This document shows positions 38,200 through 51,316 of a stretch of DNA of 64,000 nucleotides, one piece after another. The notes beneath the pieces are model-generated. The model was not told where the DNA came from, searched no databases, and saw only the letters and a program-made list of their open reading frames with translations. The DNA is from Octopus sinensis (Eukaryota): positions 25,544,001 to 25,608,000 of the forward strand of contig NC_043017.1 in assembly GCF_006345805.1 (NCBI RefSeq), read 5' to 3'. The position numbers and the translations under genes are program-made. Numbering within the stretch: the stretch's first letter is position 1; every line of letters begins with the position of its first letter.

Positions 38200-38585
38200 A
38201 GAAACGTTAGCACACCGGGCAAAATGCTTAGCGGTATTGCGTCTGTCGTTGCATTCTGAGTTCAAATTCCGCCGAGGTTGACTTTGCCTTTCATCCTTTC
38301 AGGGTCGATAAATTAAGTACCAGTTACGCACTGGGGTCGATGTAATCAACTTAATCCGTTTGTCTGTCCTTGTTTGTCCCCTCTATGTTTAGCCCCTTGT
38401 GGGTAATAAAGAAATAGGTATTTCGTCTACCATTACGTTCTGAGTTCAAATTACGCCGAGGTCGACTTTGCTTTCATCCCTTCGGGGTCTATAAATAAAG
38501 TACCAGTTACGCACTGGGGTCGATGTATTCGACTTAATCCGTTTGTCTGTCCTTGTTTAACCCCTTGTGGGTAATAAAGAAACAG
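38200..38585 (+). mobile_element. SINE family 2 dimer
   Basis: Second unit joined at aaagaaataggtatttcgtc. Confidence 0.85.
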
Positions 38586-39687
38586 ATGATGATGATGACA
38601 CACACACACAAGATATAGATATTGCAAAATTGAAATGGAGTCTGATAAAATGATTCAGAACAAATATTCTATCCCCTTAACTGGAAATTTATGTCTGCAA
38701 ACTTCACAAAAGGGCTGTACTAATACTGTATTCAAGAGCCAAAATTGTTTTGAATTCGTATAGGGGCTTTTATAAACATACTTCTCATAACACTTCGAAA
38801 TGTATTTTCGTGGAGAATTTTCATCTGAATCTAAAGCATAAATAATGATGAACAAAGTGACGCACAGAAAAACAACTTAAGGGTCACACATTAAAACGAC
38901 TATATTTATATGGATTTAAGCTTTTTCACCTTAAATAATATTCAGCAACAGGAAAAGGGCAGCCTTTTAAGTGCTGTTTGTTATGAACACTCTGTGGTTT
39001 ATTGCAAAGATGAATAAAAACAAAATGATTCAAAATGAATCTGTTGTAACTCTAAGTGTAGCTGCCTTGTGTGTGTTTCACACAAACCCTACAAATATTG
39101 AATTGAAGCTTATAAAAGCTCTCCTGCAAATTGTAAATAATTTAAAATCTTAGTCTTGAATTCACTATTTCTTGTGGCACTTTGCGTTTATGTTTACACA
39201 AACAAGGAGGTTCTGTTTTTCGCTGAATTATTTCGTTTCTTTTACGTTTTCATTTTCCATTAACTAAAGTGTGTGCATGTATGTATGTATGTATGTATGT
39301 ATGTGTGTGTGTGTGTTTGTGATAAATGACGATTTAAAGTTTTCCTGCCCCCCCCCCCCCTACACCACAACGAAACCTTACTACTGCTAATGTGAGAAGC
39401 TTAAACATCTCATACATTAAAATAAATGTACATAAAAAAACGAAATTAAGCTTAGTATGCATGCACATATATATATATATACATACACATATTAGCAGAA
39501 GTACCCGGTGTTGCCTGGGTTAAAATAATGGGATTTTATTCAAAAATTTGATGTACGAGTTCTTTCTTAATAATTATTGTGATTATTGGTTCTAACGTTA
39601 CTGGCATAAATTCTGTGAGATCAACAACAATAGTATATTTGAAATAGAAAACACATTGAAGCAAATTTTGATAAAACTTCTTTATAG

Positions 39688-40085
39688 GCATAGAAGTGAC
39701 TGTGTGGTAAGTAGCTTGCTTATGAACCACATTATTCTGGGTTCAGTCTCACTGCGTGGCACCTTGGGCAAGTGTCTTCTACTATAGCCTTGGGCTGACC
39801 AAAGCCTTGTGAGTGGATTTGGTAGACGGAAACTGAAAGAAGCCCGTCGTATGTGTGCATAAATATATATGTGTGTGTGTGTGTATATGTTTGTGTGTCT
39901 GTGTTTGTCCCCCCAACATCACTTGACAACTGATGCTGGTGTGTTAATGTCCCCGTAACTTAGTGGTTCGGCAGAAAAGACCAATAGAATAAGTACTAGG
40001 CTTACCAAGAATAAGTCCTGGGGTTGATTTTCTCGACTAAAGGCGGTGCTCCAGCATGGCCACAGTCTGAAACAAATAAAAGAGT
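39688..40085 (+). mobile_element. SINE family 1 copy
   Basis: Full head-to-tail match. Confidence 0.85.
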
Positions 40086-40297
40086 AAAGAGTATAAAGAT
40101 CATTATGAGTTTTTGCCAGTGGAGTTTAAATGAAAGGATTTTTTGGACTTCCAACATGTGAGCATCCAACATACAATTGTCCACAACACTTCTCTAATTG
40201 TAAACCGGAAACTGATGGACAGAGCAAAACTTAGTCCCACTGGAATCTGTACTCTTTTAAATTATACTGGGAAATCAGTAGGTTTCAATGGTATTCT

Positions 40298-41262
40298 TAT
40301 TTCTTTATTGCCTACAAGGGGCTAAACACAGAGGGGACAAACAAAGACAGACAAACGGATTAAGTCGATTATATTGACCCCAGTGCGTAACTGCTATTTA
40401 TTTAATCGACCCCGAAAGGATGAAAGGCAAAGTCGATCTCGGTGAAATTTGAACTCAGAACGTAGAGATGGACAAAATACCTATTTCTTTACTACCCACA
40501 AGGGGCTAAACATAGAAGGGAAAAACAAGGACATACAAAGGGATTAAGTTGATTACATCGACCCCAGTGCACAACTGGTACTTAATTTATCGACCCTGCA
40601 AGGATGAAAGGCAAAGTCGACCATGGCAGAATTTGAAATCAGAACATAATGGCAGATGAAATACCTATTTCTTTACTACCCACAAGGGGCTAAACATAGA
40701 GGGGACAAACAAGGACAGACAAAGGGATTAAGTCGATTACATCAACCCCCAGTGCACAACTGGTACTTAATTTATCGACCCTGCAAGGATGAAAGGCAAA
40801 GTCGACCATGGCAGAATTTGAAATCAGAACATAATGGCAGATGAAATACCTATTTCTTTACTACCCACAAGGGGCTAAACATAGAGGGGACAACAAGGAC
40901 AGACAAAGGATTAGTCGATTACATCAACCCCCAGTGCACAACTGGTACTTATTTATCGACCCTGCAAGGATGAAAGGCAAAGTCGACCATGGCAGAATTT
41001 GAAATCAGAACATAATGGCAGATGAAATACCTATTTCTTTACTACCCACAAGGGGCTAAACATAGAGGGGACAAACAAGGACAGACAAAGGGATTAAGTC
41101 GATTACATCAACCCCCAGTGTGCAACTGGTACTTAATTTATCGACCCCGAAAGGATGAAAGGCAAAGTCAGCCTTGGCGGAATTTGGACTCAGAATGTAA
41201 TGGTAGACGAAATACCGCAAAGTACTTCGTCTGGCGTGCTAACCTTTCTGCCAGCTCGCCAC
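40298..41262 (-). mobile_element. SINE family 2 pentamer (181-185-bp period)
   Basis: Unit starts at 40298, 40482, 40666, 40851 and 41032; one complete head at 41262. Confidence 0.9.
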
Positions 41263-41282
41263 CTTCCATACTCACCACCTTT

Positions 41283-41553
41283 CAATGGAATTCTAGTAAT
41301 GAATACATTATCATCTGCTCCGCATCCAGGGAGTCCAGAAGCTTCTTATAACATGGGGCATCATTTTCTTCACAATAAGTCTTAGTCCTTTGCATAATTT
41401 TGGAGGATCTAAGTTTCTTGGAAGCATTACAGGTGCTCCAAGCCTCAAGTGAAGCTTATGAGGAGGTAAACCTGGTGGTTCCAGTGAATTTAAAAAACCA
41501 AATGGATATTTTACTATTTCTGATTGGTCAACAACAATGTCAATAGATCGATA
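41283..41553 (-). pseudogene. Helitron RepHel PIF1-like helicase fragment
   Basis: [69 protein letters not shown]...VFITRIP matches the Helitron/PIF1 motif FLNSL.PPG.PPH.L.LK.G.P.MLLRNL.PP.LCNGTRL; frameshifted near the end. Confidence 0.85.
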
Positions 41554-41689
41554 TGGCTGTGATATTTATTATTCTAGGTAGCAGAGAGGAAAAGGAATAT
41601 ATACTAGGTTGGTTGGGGGAGTTTAGGGCATGTCTTCTATCTTTTCTTTTCCACCCATCTGTGGAATTATCTAGAACGTGTGTTAAATT

Positions 41690-41820
41690 TCTTAAAGCCT
41701 GTTCCAGCCTGCAGTTCAGTCATTTGTGTCTCAATGTAAAGATTTGGTCCATTTCTTCTATACATAGCTCACATCTATTTTCCCCTGTTCCATATGGTTT
41801 AGCCATACTATCTCTCACTC
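41690..41820 (-). pseudogene. Penelope-like element endonuclease C-terminal fragment
   Basis: SMAKPYGTGENRCELCIEEMDQIFTLRHK*LNCRLE resembles the AKPY..G.KRC.LC..EK..I.....LNKRSE tail of Penelope GIY-YIG ORFs (recalled motif). Confidence 0.6.
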
Positions 41821-41844
41821 TATGCTAAAGCATTTTGTTTGTTT

Positions 41845-41871
<27 letters not shown>

Positions 41872-41877
<6 letters not shown>

Positions 41878-43030
41878 GTCCGTGCTGTGGGCACAACAAA
41901 CACCATCTGATCGTGGCCGTTCGCCAGCCTCACCTGGCACCTGTGTCGGTGGCACATAAAAACACCATCCAAAGACCCGGCGACGTAGTCAGTCCACCTG
42001 TGCATACCTTCCCTCTTATGACACTTGTGAAGACCTGTTGAGGCAGAGGCAAGTGTGTGACACTTTGTGAAGACCTGTTGAGGCAGAGGCAAGTGTGTGA
42101 CACTTGTGGAGACCTGTTGAGGCAAGTGTGTGACACGCGTGACACTTGTGAAGACCTGTTGAGGCAAGTGAAAATCAAAATCAAACCAAATCAAAATAGA
42201 TGAACATCAATGGAATTTGTATCTTTGTGGTTCCAGTACCGGTGGCACACAAGAAAACCATCCGATCGTGGCCGTTCGCCAGCCACATCTGGCACCTGTG
42301 TCGGTGGCACATAAAGACACCATCCGAAGACCCGGCGACGTAGACAGTCCACCTGTGCATACCTTCCTTCTTGTGACACTTGTGAAGACCTGTTGAGGCA
42401 AGTGACACTTGTGAAGACCTGTTGAGGCAAGTGAAAATCAAATCAAATCAAAACAAATCAAAATAGATGAGCATAAATGGAATTTGTATCTTTGTGGTAC
42501 CAGTGCCGGTGGCACACAAGAAAATCATCCGAACGTGGCCGTAGCCAGTACCGCATAGACTGGCCTCCGTGCTTTGGGGACGTAACAAACACCATCCGAT
42601 CGTGGCCGTCCGCCAGCCTCATCTGGCACCTGTGTCGGTGGCACATAAAAACACCATCCGAGCGTGGCCGTCTGCCAGCCTCGTCTGGCACCTGCCAGCC
42701 TCATCTGGCACCTGTGTCGGTGGCACATAAAAACACCATCCGAGCGTGGCCGTCTGCCAGCCTCGTCTGGCACCTGTGTCGGTGGCACATAAAAACACCA
42801 TCCAAGCGTGGCCGTTCGCCAGCCTCGTCTGGCACCTGTGTCGGTGGCACATAAAATCACCCACTACACTCTCGGAGTGTTGGCGTTAGGAAGGGCATCC
42901 AGCTGTAGAAACACTGCCAGATCTGACTGGCCTGGTGCAGCCTTCGGGCTCCCCAGACCCCAGTTGAACCGTCCAACCCATGCTAGCATGGAAAACGGAC
43001 GCTAAATGATGATGATGATGATGATGATGA
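41872..43030 (+). mobile_element. Long composite (GAT)n-tailed element with 62-bp minisatellite
   Basis: Reverse-orientation relative of 29330-30340, with different internal repeat counts. Confidence 0.8.
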
Positions 43031-43146
43031 TATATATATATAATATTAATTCGAGACAAAACCACTATTTTGCAAAAAATTGGATTTAATCCTAAATCTG
43101 TTTTTTTCCCTGTAAATTTGGATTTATTCCCTAATATTTATTATAT

Positions 43147-43520
43147 ACTAGCAGTATCGCCCGGCGTTGCTCAGGTTTGTAAGGGAAATAACTATAAAGC
43201 ATTTTTAGAGAGTTATAGCCAAAAAATGGAAAAAAATGATGCTAAATTTTTTTTTGATAGTTAAAAAAGGTGGAGTTGCGTCCCCTACACAGTTTGTGGT
43301 TTGTGTTCCTGATTCTCGACCCCATGTCGAATTTATCGATTTTTTTCAGAACTGGGGGAACTTTTCAAAATTTGCGCTGCGTTAGTTTTGAATTATGACA
43401 TTGGGCTATGTGTGTGTCAAGTTTCATCAGAATCGGTTGAAAGCCATGGTCAGGGTGAGGGTACAAGCAAACAGACACACAGAAACACGCACAGACAAAC
43501 TGCCGTTTATATAGAGAGAT
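43147..43520 (+). mobile_element. Helitron/Helentron-like non-autonomous element; relatives 51749-52057 and 55922-56321
   Basis: Shared 5' actagcagtatcgcccggcgttgctcgggtttgtaagggaaataact (hairpin) and 3' acagac...tatata(a/g)agat. Confidence 0.7.
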
Positions 43521-43732
43521 ATATAGATATATACACACACACATATATACATATATATTATATATAATATTATCTTTAAGGGACCAGATTAATCTGCTTA
43601 AGCATACTGTTCATGTTCTAGTCTTAAATGGATTTAAAGGATTTGCAAGCTGGCCCTTATATTGAAGCATGTCTTTCCCTCAGAAAGATTGAAAATGAAT
43701 GACATGCCACTCATTTTACAACGATCAAGTGA

Positions 43733-44075
43733 TCATCATCATCATTGTTCGACCGTAGTTGAGACAATGGAATTTACCATGCTATGCCAGACTTCACGGT
43801 CCATCATAGCATTACGGAGGTCCTGTTGCTTGATGCCTGTATCCCTGGAGATTACATCAGGGTAGGAGAGTGTGCGCCCTCTGGTATCGCGAGTAGATGG
43901 CTTCCAGAGGAGAAGAGTAGAAATTGCCGCGTTTTCAGCTTGCGGCACAAGCATATGATCAATGTATATGTGGTGAATATTCCACAGGCTCATGTTCAGG
44001 TAACATAAACTCTTAGGCACAATCAACATTGCCCAGAGTATGTGACAAGGCTGCACCTTGTTTTGAATATCTAGT
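43733..44075 (-). mobile_element. RTE-clade LINE 3' end
   Basis: LLWKPSTRDTRGRTLSYPDVISRDTGIKQQDLRNAMMDREVWHSMV, a typical RTE ORF terminus, followed by (TGA)n. Confidence 0.8.
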
Positions 44076-44932
44076 ATAAACCACTAAGATGGGATTCCAT
44101 ACAGTTTTCCATCAACCTAAATTCACTCCCAAGATAATAGGGTCGACATGAGGTTATGAAAAATAGAGAATGAGATTTGTCCAAGATGCCAAGCAGTGGA
44201 ATTGAACCGGAGACTTAATGGTTGCAAAGCAACTTTCTTAACAATTCTCCCATACTGCACTCATGCACACGCACACACACACATTTGAATATATATATTA
44301 TGTATTTGTGTGTATATGTGTATGTGTGTGTATATATGAATACATGTGTATACGTGTGTGTATGTATATATATGTGTGTGTGTGTATATATATGAATACA
44401 TGTGTATACATGTGTGTGTGTGTGTGTATATGAATATATGTGTATACGTGTGTGTATGTATATATATGTGTGTATATGAATACATGTGTATACGTGTGTG
44501 TATGTATATATATGTGTGTATATGAATACATGTGTATACGTGTGTGTATGTATATATATGTGTGTATATGAATACATGTGTATACGTGTGTGTATATATA
44601 TGTATGTGTGTATATATATATATATATTTATATATAATAAATTTCTATAGTTTTATACACACACACACACTATCTCACATAGATATACGATATATTTTAT
44701 CTTCTTCCATAATCTTCTTTCTGAAAAAGATGAAACAACTGCAAACAACATCAGCCACATATCTTTGCGAAATCGCTTCATTCCGTGGTCTTTCATAAGT
44801 GATGGGTTTGTTTCTTTCCTATGTTTCTCTTTTTACTGCACCAAACTCGACTTATTAATATTTCATGTTATTTCACTTTTCATCATGCCGGTTCTTTTCT
44901 TTTTAAACTATATTTATTACATTTTACACACG

Positions 44933-44964
<32 letters not shown>

Positions 44965-45191
44965 GATAGATATATACACACACACACATGTGTGTAGGTA
45001 GGTATGCATTTATATGTGTGTGCATGTGTATAAATATGTGTATATACATGTGTGTATATCTATATATATGCTTGTGTATCTCTATATATACATACACATG
45101 TATGTGTATGTATGTATATATATGTATATATAGATAGATATGTATATATATATATGTATATATATATACACATGTATGTGTATGTATATAT

Positions 45192-45223
<32 letters not shown>

Positions 45224-45743
45224 GAGAGATATGTATATATATATATATAGAGAGAGATATGTATATATATTAGATATGTATATATATAGATATGTTATAT
45301 ATATATATATATGTATTTATATATATATATATAATATATATATATATAGATAGATATGTATATATATATATGTATGTATTTAGATATATATATATATATA
45401 TTATATATATATATATAGATAGATAGATATTATATATATATATATATATGTTTTTGTTTGTTTACTTTTTTGAATTATCTGAATGAACTAATTTATGGAA
45501 GATGTTTGCCTCTGTGTGTGTGTGTGTGTGTGCGTGTGTGTTTGTGCATGCGCGCACGTGTGTGTGTTTGTGGAAGAGAAGTGGGTTGGTTAGGGTGTGG
45601 TGTGTTAAACTAATTATAAAAGAATTGCTGATTTTACTTTCATCAGCGAAAATCAAAGGGGAAAAAATAATCAAACAAAACCAGAAAACAACAGACACAA
45701 AAATTTCTGAAAAAATTGTTCTGACTGAAATCGCACACGTGCA

Positions 45744-45785
<42 letters not shown>

Positions 45786-46149
45786 TATATATACACGCAT
45801 ATATTACTTCATCCACCTGCTGGCATCATCAATTGATTTATTGTTTGTATATACTATGAATTTTGTTTGTATGTGTGTATGTGTATATATGTATATATAT
45901 ACACACACACATATATACATACATACGCACACATATGTATATACATACATTCACAGTAACTGTTGTGTGTATATATATATAGGCTTGACTTGGGTGTGTG
46001 GTTGAGAAGCTTGCTTCTCATCCATGTGGTCTTGGGTTCAATCCCATTTGTCTTCTACTATAGCCCTAGACCAACCAAGTGGAGTTGGTAAACAGAGGCT
46101 GAGAGTGAGTGGTGGTGGGGAAGTTGTGTATTATATATATATATATATA

Positions 46150-46290
46150 TATTTGTTTCTCTCTGTGTTCCTTTCTGTGGAAGAGCATAGGCTTGAAACA
46201 TTAAAGACTGTTTCAATTCCTGAGCGTTATACTAATACATCTGTTTGTTGTCTACACCACCTGTCTTCGTCTTTTGTTTTTTTGTGAATT
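46150..46290 (+). mobile_element. Family C-related element with degenerate hammerhead motif (46171-46206)
   Basis: CUUU-CUGUGGA-A-GAGC AUAG GCUU-GAAA-CA-UU-AAAG; stem I covaries with family C (CUUU/AAAG vs GUUU/AAAC). Confidence 0.5.
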
Positions 46291-46292
46291 CT

Positions 46293-46328
<36 letters not shown>

Positions 46329-46654
46329 AGAGAGAGAGCAATAAGAAAATGGAGGGGATCAAGAGGTGGTATTCATCAACTTTTAGACATTATATTATGT
46401 CAATTTATTTATTTATTTACTAAAAGGACAATTATAACAATATATATAGTGTGTTTGTATACGTGTATGCATGTGTACATGTATATGTAGTGTATATGTG
46501 TGTGTGTGTGTTTGTGAGTTGGTGTCTTTTTGTCTTGACATCATGTGATGCTTGTAAACGAGTATCACTGTCATACAAGTGGTGTGGTTCCTTAACCATC
46601 TTCCATGGAAAACATGTTTGGCCATGGTAAGTTATTGCCTTGCTTAGAAACAAG

Positions 46655-47102
46655 ACGGCGAGCTGGCAGAATCGTTAGCACACCGGGTGAACTGCATAGT
46701 GGTATTTTGTCTGCCGTTACGTTCTGAGTTCAAATTCCGCTGAGGTCGACTTTGCCTTCCATCCTTTCGGGGTCGATAAATTAAGTACCAGTTACGCACT
46801 GGGGTCGATGTAATCGACTTAATCCCTTTGTCTGTCCTTGTTTGTTCCCTCTATGTTTAACCCCTTGAGGGCAGTAAAAAAACAAGAAACGTTAGCACAC
46901 CGGGCAAAATACTTAGCGGTATTTCGTCTGCTGTTACATTCTGAGTTCAAATTCCGCTGAGGTCGACTTTGCCTATCATCCTTTCGGCGTCGATAAATTA
47001 AGTACCAGTTATGCACAGGGGTCGACGTAATCGACTTAATCCCTTTGTCTGTCCTTGTTTGTCCCCTCTATGTTTAGTCCCTTGTGGGTAATAAAGAAAT
47101 AA
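46655..47102 (+). mobile_element. SINE family 2 dimer
   Basis: Two units in tandem; the second restarts at gaaacgttagcac. Confidence 0.85.
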
Positions 47103-47601
47103 GAAGCAAGGGAGAGATGGCATGTGGTCAATGTCAGTCTGCCTCAACAAATTCCATTGACCAATGCAAGCAATGAAAAGTGGACATGAAATGATGATGA
47201 TGATGATGATACTATCATAAAACAGAGTCTCAGTCTGAAATAATTCTGCTGGTCAATGACAAAATGATAAAGACCTACTTTGGTCATGAATGGCTATGGG
47301 ATTGCACCTAGAAGGTCCCCCTCCGAGGCACAAGTCCGGGCAAGATTGCTGATGTAAGATCAGCTGCTGTCCATGCATGCCAGCCTCCCCTCTCTGTGCC
47401 ACTGATGTTATCCAAAGGAGAGACAAACGCCAAGACATCTTGGCACCAGTGAATGTTGCAATTCCTTTCTACGACTGAGTGAACTGAAGCAACATGAAAT
47501 AAAGTGTCTTGCTCAAGAACACAGCACACAGTCCGGTCCAGGAATTGAACTCACTCCCTCATGATTGCGAGCCTGACACTCTAACCACTGAGCCATGCAC
47601 C

Positions 47602-48038
47602 TTAACCCTTTCGTTACGGTATTTATTTTGAGATGCTTTGTGTTTCTCTCAATTAATTTAGATATAACAAAGAATTTTATAAAATAACTTAGTTATCATT
47701 AAGGAAGTGTTAGGAAGACATATTTCTTTACTGCCCGCAAGGGGCTACACACAGAGGGGACAAACAAGGACAGACAAACGGATTAAGTCGATTACATCGA
47801 CCAAAGTGCGTAACTGGTACTTTATTTATCGACCCCGAAAGGATGAAAGGCAAAGTTGACCTCAGCGGAATTTGAACTCAGAACGTAGCGACAGATGAAA
47901 TACCGCTAAGCATTTCACCCGGCACGCTAACGTGTCTGCCAGCTCGGTGGAAAGTTTTAATTCAAAACTTATGAAAACAAGACATTTGTACAACAGAACC
48001 AGAGCCGGTTTCAGCCGGGTTGGTAACGAAAGGGTTAA
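47602..48038. mobile_element. piggyBac-like MITE with nested SINE2 (47722-47947)
   Basis: TTAA-ccctttcgttac...gtaacgaaaggg-TTAA. Confidence 0.85.
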
Positions 48039-49296
48039 GATAAACCAAAATATGGTAATGTAATTTATTTATGATCACTAACAGACAACCAAGGAAGAAT
48101 ATTAAAGGAATAAATCCTAAAATTACTTGGCAATAATCAGAGAGGTGTAGGAATTACAGTAAGGCTATTCCAAAAATAGAAAATGGAATTGGTTGAGTGG
48201 TACACCCTTAATAAATTCACAGCTGTTAGCTGAATTATTCTCTAGTGTTAATCTAAGTGAGATTATCAAGTTTCACAATTGAATAAACAGTAATCCACTT
48301 ATGAAGATAATTAGTTTGTAATGGGTTACAATGATTAGTATGTCTCGTGGACAAACACGATGACAGAAGCTTATCTCCAGCAACATGCAAAGAGAAATAC
48401 TAAATCTGTGGCTTTCATAGAATTTCCATATTTGGAAGGGAGCCATTGAACAATACTGTTCATTGGTTAGTCCACATTGCTCAGTACAGAGCATGGGGTC
48501 AGTTTCCTGGTTCCCCCCCTGGCATATATATTCCTCTCTGGACAGGGCACTAGTCAGTTGCTGGATTGCTCATTTGTACTAGGTAAGTGGTTTGGAGGAA
48601 TGTGAAATGAAATGTTTTGCTCAAGAACACAATGTCCAGGGAACAAAACCACAATCTTGCGATTATGAGTCCAACACCCCAACACAACGCATCACTCAGT
48701 CCAGGAATCGAAACCACAATCTTACAATTTTGAATCGAATACCCCAACCACTAAGCCATGCACCTTCAGCGAGCTGGCAGAAATGTTAGCACACCGGGCG
48801 AAATGCATAGCCATATTTCGTCTGTCGTTACGTTGTGAGTTCAAATTCCACCGAGGTCGACTTTGCCTTTAATCCTTTCGGTGTTGAGAAATAAAAGTAC
48901 CAGTTACGCACTGGGGTCGATGTAATCGACTTAATCCCTTTGTCTGTCTTTGTTTGTCCCCTCTATGTTTAGCCCCTTGTGGGCAATAAAGAAATATATT
49001 ACTAAATAAAATTACTGTGGTTTTTAAAGAAATCCATAGCATATCAAGAGAGATGTGGCTGACTGCTTCAAGCCTTCTTCTGTGTATTATTGATATTTTT
49101 ATGCAAATTGTCATTAATTTGCATAATCACTAATGACTATCAAATTACAAGTCTATCCAAAGTCTTGGGTTCAAATCCTTAAAATAATTATTTGCAAGAT
49201 ACACTCATAACTTCTGAATTCCCAAAATGTCATAATATACACTCGCGCGGCTATAAACATTTTTTTTTTCTCTCTCTGTATGTATGTATATATATG

Positions 49297-49609
49297 TGTG
49301 GAGGCGCAATGGCCCAGTGGTCAGGGCAGCGGATTCGCGGTTGTAGGATTGCGGTTTCGATTCCCAGACCGGGCGTTGTGATTGTTTATTGAGCGAAAAC
49401 ACCTAAAGCTCCACGAGGCTCCGGCAGGGGGTGGTGGCGATCCCTGCTGTACTCTTTCGCCACAACTTTCTCTCACTCTTTCTTCTGCTGGCCTGCTCGC
49501 TTAGCCAGCGGGGTGGCATCATTTTGAAGGCTAAAACAATGTGAAGCGCATTGTGACCAGCGATGTGTTGCAACATCTGATAGCCTGGTCAGTCACGGTG
49601 ATCACGGTG

Positions 49610-49610
<1 letters not shown>
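49297..49610 (+). mobile_element. SINE family 3, near full length
   Basis: tRNA-like head ggcccagtggtcagggcagcgg...ggtttcgattccc; (cacggtgat)2 end. Confidence 0.75.
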
Positions 49611-49641
<31 letters not shown>

Positions 49642-50805
49642 CAGATAAGCCACCTGGATACAACTCACTCAACAAGAGCTCCCTATATGGGACTTAAAAA
49701 GGATTTAGTAAATCCTATTAGGTGGTGCTATTATGTTAGACATTCCCTAGACATGCTTGAGAAGACCTGTCAAGTGAAGTGAGATTGTAGTTGTGGCCAA
49801 AGCTGGTGTTTTGCGACAGGCACCCATGCTGGTGGCATCTAAAAAGCACCCACAACACTCTTGGAATGGTTGGCATTAGGAAGGACATCCAGTCATAGAA
49901 ATCATGCCAAATCAAAATGGAACCTGGTACAGCTCCCTAGCAAACCAGTTTTCAGTCAAACCGTCTAACCCATGCCAGCATGGAAAAACGGACGTTAAAT
50001 GATGATGATACTTTTTACTGGTTTTAGTCATTTGACTGCAGCCAAGCTGGAGCACTGCCTTGAAGGGTTTTTTAATTGAACAGATCGACCCTAGGACTTA
50101 TCTTTTATTTTAGTCTAGTACTTATTGCATCAGACACTTCTGCTGAACCGCTAAGTCATGGGGATGTAAACACACCAACACTAGTCGTCAAGCAGTGGTG
50201 GTTGTAGGGAGAAATACACACACAATGGGCTTCTTTCAGTTTCTGTTTACCAAATCCACTCACAAGGCTTTGGTTGTCCTGAAGCTACGGTAGAAGACAC
50301 TTGTCCAAGGTTCCACACAGTGGGACGGAACCTGGAAGCATGAGGCTGGTGAGCAAGTTTCTTACCACATGGCCATGCCTACACCTATATATATATATAT
50401 GTATATAGTTAATCCAAACATGAACAAAGAGAAAACACAACAATGCGAGGACGTGGAACAAGTATAGTGTAATTGGACGCTCAGGAAAGGAAAAAAAGGA
50501 GGAGGATTTAATGTTTTAAGCAAAGCTCTTTGTCAGTAACATAGAAAAAGGCAAGGTCCAAGGAAGGGAAGACGGAGAAAGTAAATCGCCAACGATACAC
50601 ACACAATGTATGTATATACACATATATAAAACTAACATTGGAATATACAATTTATATATATTAGGAAGGGCATACAGCTGTAGAAACTCTGCCAGATCAA
50701 GATTGAAGCCTGGTGCAGCCATCTGGTTTGACAGCCCTCAGTCATACATCCAATTCATGCTAGCATGGAAAGCGGACGTTAAACGATGATGATGATATGT
50801 ATTTA

Positions 50806-50848
<43 letters not shown>

Positions 50849-50850
<2 letters not shown>

Positions 50851-51264
50851 AGAGTAAACACATAAATGTGAAAAAAAGAGTACTCAAATACCAGTGGTAG
50901 AGTAATATGCTTTATTTAAAAGCAGCAGAAAATTCAACAAAACCTGTTACTCTGAGTTTCACGTTCCCGTTCGTTGGACTGTCCGACAAACGGGAATGTG
51001 AAACTCAGAGTAACAGGTTTTGTTGAATTTTCTGCTGCTTTTAAATATATATATTATATATATATATATATATACCAGAGTAAACACATAAATGTGAAAA
51101 AAAGAGTACTCAAATACCAGTGGTAGAGTAATATGCTTTATTTAAAAGCAGCAGAAAATTCAACAAAACCTGTTACTCTGAGTTTCACGTTCCCGTTCGT
51201 TGGACTGTCCGACAAACGGGAATGTGAAACTCAGAGTAACAGGTTTTGTTGAATTTTCTGCTGC

Positions 51265-51272
<8 letters not shown>
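50849..51272. mobile_element. Two tandem family B units (226-bp period), each with 66-bp inverted arms and 1-nt spacer
   Basis: Arms at 50914-50979 / 50981-51046; the second unit is essentially identical. Confidence 0.9.

Positions 51273-51316
<44 letters not shown>

Noticed and set aside
40298-41262. CRISPR-like array (also 29503-29700 and 63322-63846)
   Set aside because: Units are contiguous repeats without unique spacers, in a eukaryotic context with no cas genes.
48100-48200. Second Penelope endonuclease relic (NIKGINPKITWQ*SERCRNYSK)
   Set aside because: The resemblance is too short and degenerate to call without a profile search.
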